DNA of 64,000 bases from Selaginella moellendorffii (taxonomy: Eukaryota > Plantae > Lycopodiophyta): positions 974,693-1,038,692 of the forward strand of contig NW_003314284.1 of the NCBI RefSeq assembly GCF_000143415.4. Reading direction: 5' to 3'. A program made the translations under genes and the position numbers. Below the pieces are notes generated by a model, which searched no databases, was not told the origin of the DNA, and saw only the letters and a list, made by a program, of their open reading frames with translations. How positions within the stretch are numbered: position 1 is the first letter of the stretch; each line of letters opens with the position of its first letter. Below are positions 24,958 through 36,700 of this stretch, one piece after another.

Positions 24958-25773
24958 NNNNNNNNNNNNNNNNNNNNNNNNNNNNNNNNNNNNNNNNNNN
25001 NNNNNNNNNNNNNNNNNNNNNNNNNNNNNNNNNNNNNNNNNNNNNNNNNNNNNNNNNNNNNNNNNNNNNNNNNNNNNNNNNNNNNNNNNNNNNNNNNNNN
25101 NNNNNNNNNNNNNNNNNNNNNNNNNNNNNNNNNNNNNNNNNNNNNNNNNNNNNNNNNNNNNNNNNNNNNNNNNNNNNNNNNNNNNNNNNNNNNNNNNNNN
25201 NNNNNNNNNNNNNNNNNNNNNNNNNNNNNNNNNNNNNNNNNNNNNNNNNNNNNNNNNNNNNNNNNNNNNNNNNNNNNNNNNNNNNNNNNNNNNNNNNNNN
25301 NNNNNNNNNNNNNNNNNNNNNNNNNNNNNNNNNNNNNNNNNNNNNNNNNNNNNNNNNNNNNNNNNNNNNNNNNNNNNNNNNNNNNNNNNNNNNNNNNNNN
25401 NNNNNNNNNNNNNNNNNNNNNNNNNNNNNNNNNNNNNNNNNNNNNNNNNNNNNNNNNNNNNNNNNNNNNNNNNNNNNNNNNNNNNNNNNNNNNNNNNNNN
25501 NNNNNNNNNNNNNNNNNNNNNNNNNNNNNNNNNNNNNNNNNNNNNNNNNNNNNNNNNNNNNNNNNNNNNNNNNNNNNNNNNNNNNNNNNNNNNNNNNNNN
25601 NNNNNNNNNNNNNNNNNNNNNNNNNNNNNNNNNNNNNNNNNNNNNNNNNNNNNNNNNNNNNNNNNNNNNNNNNNNNNNNNNNNNNNNNNNNNNNNNNNNN
25701 NNNNNNNNNNNNNNNNNNNNNNNNNNNNNNNNNNNNNNNNNNNNNNNNNNNNNNNNNNNNNNNNNNNNNNNNN
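24958..25773. other. Assembly gap (N run)
   Basis: Run of n. Confidence 1.
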
Positions 25774-25779
25774 AGTGCT

Positions 25780-26140
25780 GACACAACATTTTAACTTGAT
25801 CTGTTTTGGCATATTTAGCTCTACATATAGTATAAGGCTCCAGAAACAAATGCCAAATTGCATCACTGACTTAAATGGCCTTGATACAATTGTTAGAAGA
25901 TATCATCACAATTGTTGACATGTCCAAATGGGCATTTGAAGATGTCTGGGAGAATGCTCTAATCCATATGAATGGTTGCACTCAAACTATTGTACCATTA
26001 TTGTGCCATCCCTTGGAGACATGTGGGAAACTTATGCAAGCATTGAGTATCATCCCAAGAATGATATATAGCAATCACCATAAAGTGATTGAACTAATGA
26101 TACACATCATCCCTAGGATTCTCATCAAAGAACTTTAGCT
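25780..26140 (-). pseudogene. Decayed retrotransposon gag fragment
   Basis: Minus frame reads KFPTCLQGMAQ*WYNSLSATIHMD*SILPDIFKCPFG, resembling the L.G.A..W....W..L...F...F gag signature. Confidence 0.55.
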
Positions 26141-27287
26141 AAATGCGAGGATTGGTAGCAAGAGTAAGAGGAGTTGTACCATGCACTGTGAATGTTGTTA
26201 TCAATTGAGTCAGATTGTTCAATTACAACCACACAACATTAAGTAATTACACCAACTGCTGCTCTATAGTCAAAGGAGGAGACTGTTATACTATAAAAAT
26301 AAACAAAAAGAAAAAAGCAAAAGAGAAAAAACTTGAAAAAGCTATAAGGAAAGTGAGATCTAGATAATGCTAAGGCTAGGTCTAAACCAAAAATCCCAAA
26401 TCTAAGCACTTCTTAGGGATAATCAAAATTGCACTTCTCCTCCACCAATGTGAGTGCATAAAATATGAAAATAGAATACAAAAATATGCATCTTTATTAA
26501 CTAAAAAACCTTAGCTTATATACAGAAGCGAGTGAAATCAATCTAATGGCTATTGAAATCCACTATACTAATATTAGTGTACGGCTGTTAATATTAGTAT
26601 ATGGCATCATAACTGTACACTTGAACCATGCTCTATTTCGTTAAAGTGGGATTTATTCAGTAAAATGGGACTAGGTACAAATTTTCAAGTATTTGAAAAT
26701 GACGTGAAATTATATGTTTTTTGTCCAGGGGCTAGACATATCTGGGGCATGGTGACTAGCGCGGTGACTTTATGTCTAGACTGAGTCCATCTGGTTGTAT
26801 AATAAATCTCATTGTCAAGGTGAACAAGCCGAATCTGAAGCTAAAGAAGAGCGATGGCATGCGCGCACACACTATTTGTTTGTTCATTGAGCGTGTGGTG
26901 AGCTTTCCAAGATGAACGTCATTCCTATTAGCCAGACATATCACTTAATGGTGAGAACATTTAGATATTATTCAATGTTATCTTTTTCTAACGAATCTAA
27001 TTGTGAAGGTGTAGCAAGAGGCATTGCTAGTCTGGAGAAGTCATTTAACTCATTTGACCCTTAGTGTATTTTCATGAAACTAAATAACATTCAAATTTTT
27101 AAGGAATTTCTCTAGTACCTTTTTTTTACGACATAGAGGCTTGCATTTCTTTCAAAGGTGATTTAGTAAAAGGCCTGAGGGCACATGCCATTCTATTTCT
27201 CAAACCGGTATTAAGATACACTAGTGCAAAGGGAAAAAGGTATTTGGTGATCAAGTAAATGGCATGAGGGCACACGCCATTATAAGC

Positions 27288-27545
27288 CTAAGTGCTAGTG
27301 GACACCTCCTTTTTGGTACTCTCAGCGGTACTATCATCCTTCTCCGAGTCAGTTGTTTTGCTTTGGATTGTTGTCTCTGACGTTACTGGGGCGTTCTCGA
27401 TAGTTGTTAATGTTGCCGTTTGTTCAGAAAAATGATCACCTGGAGTATAGTACGGGGAGTTTGGAAAACTTATATATTCTACATCTTCACCTATCTCCTT
27501 CTCCGTCTCCTTTTCTGCCTCACTTACAGATTTTGTGCTTGCCAT
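27288..27545 (-). CDS. Possible small acidic/Ser-Thr-rich ORF inside the transposon
   Basis: 85-aa frame from ATG 27545 (MASTKSVSEAEKE...), flanked by palindrome copies; no recognisable domain. Confidence 0.25.
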   Translation of the reverse strand: MASTKSVSEAEKETEKEIGEDVEYISFPNSPYYTPGDHFSEQTATLTTIENAPVTSETTIQSKTTDSEKDDSTAESTKKEVSTST

Positions 27546-27752
27546 GAGAACGCTCTTCACCCTAAAATATGGAGTTCGTTGTGTTATAAAAGGAAACCAA
27601 CACACACGCTGCAAGGGAATGATGGTACATAAAGCACGTAAGCCCACAATATGGGTTTATGTGCCATTAATATGGGCCACACGCCATATTATTAGATTTA
27701 TGCACGTGTGATTGGTAAATGCATATGTCACATCATCTCAGGCCACATGCCA

Positions 27753-30700
27753 TCACGCCTCCTCTGATTCAGATTCGGATTGTTCACCTTGAAATAAAAT
27801 ACATTAGAAACTTAGTAAAGGAATATTAATGAATCTCACCTTGAACCCGGGTTATGAATGCTCTTGCTGCATCTCTTGCATGGTCTGGCAAGGTGATGGT
27901 GGCACTCTGCTTCCGCATCCAACCATGCACAACATTATCCACCGATATGCTCATGCTGGGATCCCTTGGATTCAGCACCCATCTCTTTTCTAGGCAATCC
28001 TTTGTATATCCGGAACTTGGCTTGAACCACTCCACAGTTACATTGAAGGAGTTAGTTTCCGCGTCCTCCTCTGCATCAGTGATGCAGCGCCCCACCCATA
28101 TCATTTTTTTTTTATTACTGGGTCTGACAAGCACGACCATTCCTTTGCAGACCTGTACTGGATTGAATGCTAAATCCGGCTTCTTGTTCCTCGGCCCACA
28201 ATAGTGATCCTCAACATCGTTATCTGTCACTGCATTTCCAGAGGACATTGTTCCGCTACTATCTGGTGCTCTGGGTTCTGGCCAAAAGGACTCTTCCAAT
28301 TCTTCATATACAACCGGCCCATTTTGGATAGCAGATATAATCTTCTCCCAGTATTCGAGCAAAGGCTTGCACCTCTGAAAATAGGATTCTCCACCAAACA
28401 CCAACCCCCTCTTCCAGAAGGCAATATGCTGTCTAATCCCGGCCACTATACTTTCCTGGTCTTTGAGTCCATCCGGGTGCATCGGCCGTGGGGAACCTTG
28501 AGGAATCATAGGTTCCCCAGTTATGGGATCTCTCTTGAAGAGTTCAATGCCGTCCACTGGCAGCCACACTGTGTCCCATTCTCTCATCTTGTACCTCATC
28601 ACTGGAGCACCGTCACACATGCTGAAATGAAACTGAAGAGGCTTGGAGTGGCCAATCAGCGTTTCGGATCCGTCCCTAATGTAGCCTCTTACAAACCCCT
28701 TAAAGTCTGGAACCTCTGTCAGAAGTGCAGCTTCAACAGTGCCTTTGATGCAATTTTGGAATTCATCGTAGAGTTGTGGGAGGGTGAGGACATTGGATCG
28801 CCGGAGGGACTCTGCCAGGTGACTGAACATGGCATCGACGTCTTCATGAGTGTGCCCAACCATGAGAAAGCCAAGTGTAACCGTTTCAAATATGCCTTTG
28901 GCAACAAGCATCGCCAAGTACGCGAAGACGTACATGTTTTTGCTCTCACTGCCAGCATTGTCTGTTTGGAGCAGAAGATGGGGTGGAAGGCCACATCGGC
29001 CGCAAGAACTTCCTTGAGATTCTGCTTCGTTTGGATGAGGCTGTGCATTCACCGGGCGACCAGCCTCGTCGGAATGGCATGAGGCCTCACATGATAACCC
29101 TACAATCTGACGGCCAACATATTCACTGGGATGGCATGGGGCCCCACACGATACTGCAAGCCTTTGCTCCTCCTCTAGCTGAACCCTGTATGGGGTTCGA
29201 TCGACAAAGGCCTTATGCAAGGGTTGGCCGTTCAACTCAGTTTGCGCACTTTGCAGAGACCTTAAGTGTTTTGCTAGGGACGCAATCATCATGTTTGCAC
29301 CCCCGCCACCCCATAGAGGTACAAAGAAGTTCCCATAGTTCTGGGCACCATGCCCATGAGCGATTATGCCAAACAGAGACACAGGCAGCTGCATGGATGA
29401 AGAGATTGCCTTGGGGGCAGGATTGAGTCGAGGTAAGCACGTCTTTTTCTGGTCCATTTTGTCGTGGATGATGCAGAGGTAAGAGTCAGGTCTCTCCATG
29501 GAGAGAATCCTGTTATGATAATATGCAGTCGTGCAGCTTCTCTGCTCGATGTTGTGGTCGAGCCGCCTTCTAACCAACGTCTCTCGCTCTTGAGCGCTGC
29601 AAGAATTCTTCGACAAAGCCATTTTGATAGCAGTGCACTTGTCACACTTTGAAAAGCTGGAGTACTTTCCTATACTCACATCCCTGAACCTGTTGCTCCA
29701 CAATCTACTAAATCTAGATTGGCTCAGCTTCCTGTAGCCATTACTCTGGAGTTCCCGATTCACATCTTCCAATATGGCCCCCTTGGTATACATGGAAGGG
29801 AGAACTCGTTGGGTGTCTCGTGTTCCATCTTCCAAAAGGCGGGTTTTATGTGGTTGCTGCTCGCTACATGTCTCGACAAACCTCTTGAAGATTGCCTCTC
29901 CATATACAACATGACCCCTGGTTTTGTGCGTACCGTCGTTCCCATGGACTGCCTGTTGAAACCTTTGTTCCTCGAACTCAGTTTTGATTCTGTAGAATGT
30001 GGTTCGAGGGACTCCATAAATGATTCTCCATGCCTTCATGCAGACCAAACCCCTCTGGAAGACCATGGCCCCCACCTGATGTTCTGAAGCATCAACAGAT
30101 GACCGTAATGCCTCATACACAAAATTGCGAGCTGCCTTCCAGGACAATGTCTTGTATCTTGCTCTCTCCTCTTCAATAGCATCCCAATCAGCATGTTGAC
30201 AGCACCTCCTCTTGCAACAAGCAACTGTCGAGACCATTCGAACCTCCATCGCCATTTTCTGCCTTTTCGGTTCGTTGCTCAGATCCCTTTGGCTGCGCTT
30301 TAGGAAGGTGTACTTTCTTTTCCCATGAAGAGATGTTCTGTCATCAGTTGTAGTGGTGTTTGATTGTGAATCCTTCACATTCTCAAACACTAAGTGCCTC
30401 AATTTCCACCGCACAATGCTTCCAATAGTCAGACTGTTTTCTTCTGTGTCAACAACCTCTAAAATCGCAACTCCAATATCATCCCAGCCCAATTCTTGAT
30501 TAGCAACCGCATCTCTTGGATCGACAACTATGGCTAAGCCCTCGCTACCACCTCCCCCTCGGGTTTGTTTAGAAACACCTTCGCCTGAATCCATGTAGCA
30601 CGGTTCTTAAGATCCACGAAGGGAACATGCGTCGCACTTGCGTTGTCCCCAACATCTACTTTCTTCTGAAGATTTTTCAAGGCAACAACAACATTTACCC

Positions 30701-30893
30701 CGACGACCATCTCTCCTCGTTCAATAGCGACCACATTCCCATCGAAGACAGTCTCTACTGATACAGCAGCATTGCCTTCCCCAAGCCTTTGACAGTGTAT
30801 AACAAAGTTCCGATCCATAGACACAAGGGTCCCTTTTGCAACTCTCTTCCCACCATTCAAAATGTAAACCTTTTCCCCAACCCTAAAGGCCAT
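27753..30893 (-). CDS. Sola-like DD(D/E) transposase (DUF7869-like), ~1030 aa, with a 1-bp frameshift near 30543 and a terminal 52-nt intron (27788-27839)
   Basis: 922-aa ORF with CCKRRCC, VCMKAWRIIYGV, FSKCDKC, IIHDKMDQKKT, LLLQTDNAGSESKN, FLMVGHTHEDVDAMFS motifs. The upstream ORF 30534-30893 joins by restoring one base (VVA-EGLAIV). Splicing gives the C-terminus GEQSESESEEA*. Confidence 0.8.
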
Positions 30894-30899
30894 TCTGAA

Positions 30900-33764
30900 A
30901 GTGCAGAAAAGAAGTTAAAACCATACAAAAAATGATTGGAGAATGGCCTAAATCATAACATACCAAACAACCTCAATAGCATGAGGCCACATGCCATTAT
31001 TCAAACATGCTATTGACACCCACGTGAAATTTTGCATTCACAAAATTGGCATGAGGCCTCATGCCATCTTGATATACACACAGCTGCAGGTAAGTAAAAA
31101 CATACATGACAATACGCTAGCCATGAAATTGCAAGGGCCCAAGATGGCATGTGGCCTCATGCCATTTCTAAATGTGGTCCTAAGCCATTCCATGGTGAAC
31201 ATACCAGGAAGCACAAGTGCCGAATATCAAGAGGAAGAGGTAGCCACACCAAAGACAGTGCCGCTCGCAACACCGCAACTACTCGTAGTGCCGCTCGCAA
31301 CACCGCAATTGCTCGTAGCGCCGCTCGCACAAATTGCCACTCGCATAAACTGCCGCCCGCAATGGCGCTCGCAATGCCACAACCACTCATAAACGCATAA
31401 ACCACAGCCCACAACGCCGCTTACACAAGCAGCGCTCACTGCGCTCAGCGGAACCAAGAACACGGCGCACAAAAATGATAGACCTAGGAATGAGTTTGAG
31501 AATTCAAAAATAACACACGCTTGAATGTCACATCAAATCCTCTGACAAACTAGATCTTATGACTCCTCTGACAAATTTCAAACTGAGTAGCTTCTAGACT
31601 TTGCTGTCGGAGGTTGAACTTTGTCACATCATGTCCTTGCCTCGATCCAGCTGTGCCATGTCAGTGATTCGAACTTTGCCATGCCATGTCAGCGATCCGC
31701 GCCAAGATTATTCGCCGTGTAAAGGAATAATTATGCTGTGTGTGTACGTCCATTTATGGCAATATAAGGCCACACGCCATTCAAAGAATAATGCTAGTCG
31801 AGCATTTTTTGGTGCATTTTTGGGTTCAAAATTGCATGAGCCCACACGCTATAAAGTTTACCTTTACCAAAAATAGAAACAGCTTTATTTACTTGGGAAT
31901 TTAAGTGGTTGAGGCATTTTTAAACTTACAAACACATGCCCTACTTACATTCCTTTGGTTGCTTAAAATTCAAAAATATTATAAACCTTTCTTTTTGCAT
32001 TTTCAATGTTTTCAATTATGGTTTTTGATTTTCGCAGGACCAGCCTAGTAATCTATTTGCATCCCGTCATGTTTATAGCTAGCTTTCGTTTGTCCCCTTC
32101 GCTAGCCTGAGATACATCTGCTCGGCATCTGCCTCTTACAGCATTTGCCCAGAAAGGGCATCTTTCTTCACGCAGCATTTGCCACATGTTTAGGGTTTAG
32201 GGTTTAGCAATTCAGTAACTTGATAAACATGCAAATACAGAACTTGATGCAAAATCCTTTGATATGTCACAATGCCCCTAGGACCATAAACACATTTTAA
32301 TAGAGAGGGTCCTTTCATTTCATAACTCCTTACGTAGATCTTGGTAAAACCAGAGTTAGTGAAGTTAGTTTCTTGGGATCCCGCATCTGATTGTGATGTC
32401 CCTTTGCAGTGTCGATGGAAAGGTCAATGCACACCAAACTGTAAAATCTTGGAGCAAAATAACGGTCGGATCTATGGCAAATGCCCTTGAAACATTGTAA
32501 GGCTCATGTGGTCTCATGTGGTGTCCGATCGAGATGCTTCTTTGCAGGGTCATCAAGAAAGACATTGTATACCATTCTGTAAAATCTAGTTGCGATCTAA
32601 CGGTTGGATCTCCAGAAAACTCAAAAAAATCTCCCGCGTGTCAGAATATCCTAGGAATATACTCCTATGTGCCCCTGAAAATGGCATGCGGCCCCACGCC
32701 ATTCAAGAGATAACGCCAGATGACGCCGAGAATTTTTTGGTGCATTTTTTGGGTTCAAAATTGCATGAGCCCACACGCTATAAAGTTTATCTTTGCCAAA
32801 TAGAGAAAAGTTTATCTGTGTCATGTGAGGTAGTTACAGTCCTTTGTGCTCGGCATCTGCCTCTTGCAGCATTTGCACTGAAAGGGAATTTTTCTCCATT
32901 CAGCATTTGGCCCTGAAAATGGCATGCGCCCACACGCCATTCAAGGAATAACGCCACAGGACGCCTGGATTTTTGGGTTTAAAATGTTTAGGGTTTTTTG
33001 GGTTTTTTCAAAATATTTTGGGTCCAACGTTTTTTGGGTTTCTTTGGTTCAAAATTGCATGAGCCCACACGCTATAATATTGATTTGAGAGAAAAATAGA
33101 AACAGATAGAATTTCTTTATTTAGCTGAACATCTGCCATTTTTGGAAATACAAGATGCTTTGGAATATCCAATCATGCATGGTATAAATATAGCGAGGGT
33201 ATTAAATGATATCCCAATCATGATCTTTCTTTTGGATTTCGCGTGCATGCAGTCCGAGGAATGATGACGTTGCGGATTTCTTTTGGATTTTGCGTGCTTG
33301 CATGCGCGCGGCAATCCAGAAATTAATGGTGGCGCCCAAGTCCGAGGAATGATGACGTGGCGGGATTACGAACCGTTGTGACATTTCGCGCGTGTGAGGT
33401 TAGGTTTTGCATTTTGCTTCGTACTCGCGCTCGCACACTCGCGCTCCCACTCGCGATCACGCTCACTTCTCTACAGGTTTCTCGTGTGCATCGGCGTCCA
33501 CTCGCGCTTGCATCACACTCGCGCTCGCATCGCACTCATGTGCATCGGCATCCACTTCAAGACACACCCAGTTTGTAACTTCGCCGCCAACTCCGCCGCC
33601 CACTCCGCCACCCACACGCAGCCCACTTGGCGTCCCGGGAGATTTCAACGCCACTCTCCAACTGTAAGTGGCAGAGTAGCCTTGCTGCTACGATCCGCTG
33701 CACACACAGTGCACATTCACCAGCGAGTCCGGCCTCGATTGTCACGGCCTCCATTCGGCTTCAA
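30900..33764. promoter_or_regulatory. Divergent promoter/5'UTR region of the transposon with direct repeats and telo-box
   Basis: Lies between head-to-head genes; repeated blocks (~31760-31880, 32675-32800, 32912-33110); duplicated CCGAGGAATGATGACGT (~33254, ~33342); TTTAGGGTTTAGGGTTTAG at 32189-32207. Confidence 0.6.
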
Positions 33765-36700
33765 ATGGTAAGTCTTTTAGGCCAAGTAGAAAATGGCATG
33801 AGGCCACATGCCATTCAGTAGCAACATTGGCATGCACCGATTGGGCTCTCGAGTGCAGTCCGGTTACAGATGGCGTGTAGCCTCACGCTATCTTAGGATG
33901 CAGCCTCAAGACATCTGATGCAGTGGTGAATGGCGTGTGGCCTCACGTTATTTCCAGCTGCTAGCTTTTCATCTGTCAGCTCTAATTGTTGTGCATTTCT
34001 GAACAGGCGAGGAATTGCGTTCTTCTTCCAGCCACTGTCAATGTGGATGCAGAGAAGGGGGAGGAGCTCACCAGTTGGACTTTCGGGATGGAAGGCGAGG
34101 ATCTGATGCTGTACAACACAGATGGTGGGAGAAAAGAATGCATGGGGATCCTCATCCAAGTGACAGACACTCCATGCAGTTCCATGCAAGAATATGGACT
34201 GGCACTTGTGGTAGAGACAACGTCCGCCTTCAAGATCCACCTTGCACATCCTAGCGGCTTCCCGGAGGGGGGCAGCGGCTATGAGGAATTCCTAGAGGGA
34301 GTTAGGGAGAGGTTGTCCAGGAGGCCCACAATTTCAAAGACGCTGCGGGTCTATGAAGATCACATGGAATCCACGGACCTCACCTACGGCGATGTTCAAA
34401 AACTATATTCCAACATTGAGCCGTTGAGAGTGCCTCCAGTTCGCAAAGCGAAGGGGAAGGGGGTCGATCTGGAAACTACCCCGAAGCAGAAAAGGGTGGT
34501 CAAGCTCAAGCCGACGTCCGACTCTGCTACTCCAAAAAAGAAGCTACTCGGTGATGCCATTGCCTCGGGTTCGAACACTACACCCACCAAAAAGAAGAGC
34601 CGCAAAGAGCAGAAAAAGCAAGAAGAGGCAGCAAAAATCGTCGCAGATAATAGTACTTGTTACTATTCCAACAAAGTATATACAATCGACGTGAGCCATA
34701 TCGACATCTAAAGCAAATACAACCACAGGCTAGTATCTGATGAGTGGGTGGAGAAACTGAAGCAGAAGATGCTGGCAAGTCCAGTAACACCCGACATCGC
34801 AGACGTGATCCCCTACTACCAAACAATGAAGGACGAGACGAGGTTTCCAAACTTGATCAATAAGAAGGTGTCGGACGATCAGAACATCCGGTTCTATGCC
34901 GTCTCCGGGCAGCATTCTAGCTTGGCGATGCAAGAGATAGTTCTGGATATTATGGTGGGCGAGGAGGTGAAGAAAGTCTTCAAGACAAGAGTTGTCCGCC
35001 TGATAAAAGGCAACTCGCCCCTCCGATCTATCATATCCATCTCCCATGCGCAGAATGTTAAGCAAGAAACGTGCTATAAATCGGGTCTGCACGAGACATT
35101 GGCACGAACACGGAAGCTCTGGGTTCAACTGAAGAAGCCACAAAAACCAGGACAAGAACGTGCACTAGCAACTAGCGCCTGGCAGGTAAGCCTCGTTGCA
35201 TGTGGCATAGCATGTGGCCTCACGCCATTTCCATTGCAGGAATTCTCGAGTCTTCTCTCGAAAACACTGGGGGTCAATGACACACTCAGCATCCATAACA
35301 TTCTACTCGCGACAAAAGTTGTTTTTGACAAATGGGTAGATGTGCTGAGGAGGTACCATGACGGGGAGTTGCTAAACTCAATGGGTGTGGAGGACGGCCG
35401 GAAGCCCAATGATTTGAAGCTCAACGCTTTGCATTTCTCGCGGTCTCTAGACGACGACGACCTTCTGACAGTGGCTAATGCTCTTCTACGTGGTGAGGTA
35501 GTCTTCAACAAGACCAAAATGACTCCCGGCCATATTGTGACATACGAGGACTTGTGCACGACTCTGAGAGCTTGTGCGCTATTGAAGGATTGGATCTTCG
35601 AGCAAGTGGCCGTGGAGAGGGTGAGCATCGACACCACGCAAGAGATGATGGAAGAGCTGGAGTTGTCAAATGAAGACATCGACGAGTACGTGAAGGGGGC
35701 CCCCAAGTTCATCGATCTGCTGCGGGATGCCACGAAAAGTAAAGCTGAGAAGTTGGATCAGTATCCAAATTTCATTAAGAGGGATGTCGACCGCCGACTT
35801 CAGAAACAGCTCGACCCCGCAGCAGAGGCCTATCGAGAACCTTACCGGGTATACGTGAATTCGGATGAGGATCAAAGGTGGAGGAGCATCGTTTCCCGCA
35901 GAGATGAGCAGGTCAAGAACATCTTTTGTGTGATGAACTTCATAAACGAAGAGATCACTCATGCAGACGAAGTCAGCTCCATCATTGACTTAATGGTGGG
36001 ACTTGCAGAGGTGGAATCTTCAGTCCACTATATGATCTACGACTCCGAATCCTATCACAAGTTCTGGAAGGCCTTGAACGAGGTGAAGGCTCGGTTGAAA
36101 GGCAAGGAGATGCGGGAGATCCATGGGATAATGGCTAAGAAGAAGATACCGACGAATGTCCGCATCTTCACACTCGCCCTTGTTATTGGTCCTGCAGCAG
36201 AGTGGGACTGGAGTGACTTCCCAGCTTCGTTCGACAAGGCCAATCGAATTGATCTGAGGGAGGTCAATTTACCCGTGCCTGAGGAACTGAAGACGGCTAT
36301 GGAGCTTTCGAATCCAAAGAAAGCTCCAGGTGCAGCATGGGAAATGCTCAGCTGGGTCTTCAACGCAATAGCGGGTGACACCAAGGGCAAATGCGTTGTC
36401 GAGTACAACTGCGGCGGACTATTCTTTCGAGCCGCACTACTCAAGGGTGTCCCGTGTGTTGCGGTGACAAACTCCATTGAAGAGGTGACTTCAATGGAGC
36501 ATATAATTACAGTTGCCAAAGAAAAACAGTATCTTCTCTGCGAACCTGGTGAGTACGCACTTTAAGTTTAAATGTTATCTCACAAGCTCTGTATGCAGGA
36601 GCGTGGCCACCCCCAGATGCTGAAACGGCGTTAACAGCTACTGATGTTAGGCCGAGCTCACAACCTGCACAAGGTAAGGTCACGTGAGGCCTCACGCCAT

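Noticed and set aside
24908-25918. Long X-filled ORFs
   Set aside because: Artefacts of the N gap.
28204-29082. 292-aa plus-strand ORF (and similar 35125-35733, 51915-52508, 54832-55707)
   Set aside because: Antisense shadows of real coding sequences.
30991-31472. ORFs with PLATPQLL repeats
   Set aside because: Derived from a 30-bp tandem repeat in the promoter/5'UTR region; no domain support.
32189-32207. Telomere or healed chromosome end
   Set aside because: Fewer than three repeats, internal to the transposon; more consistent with a telo-box.
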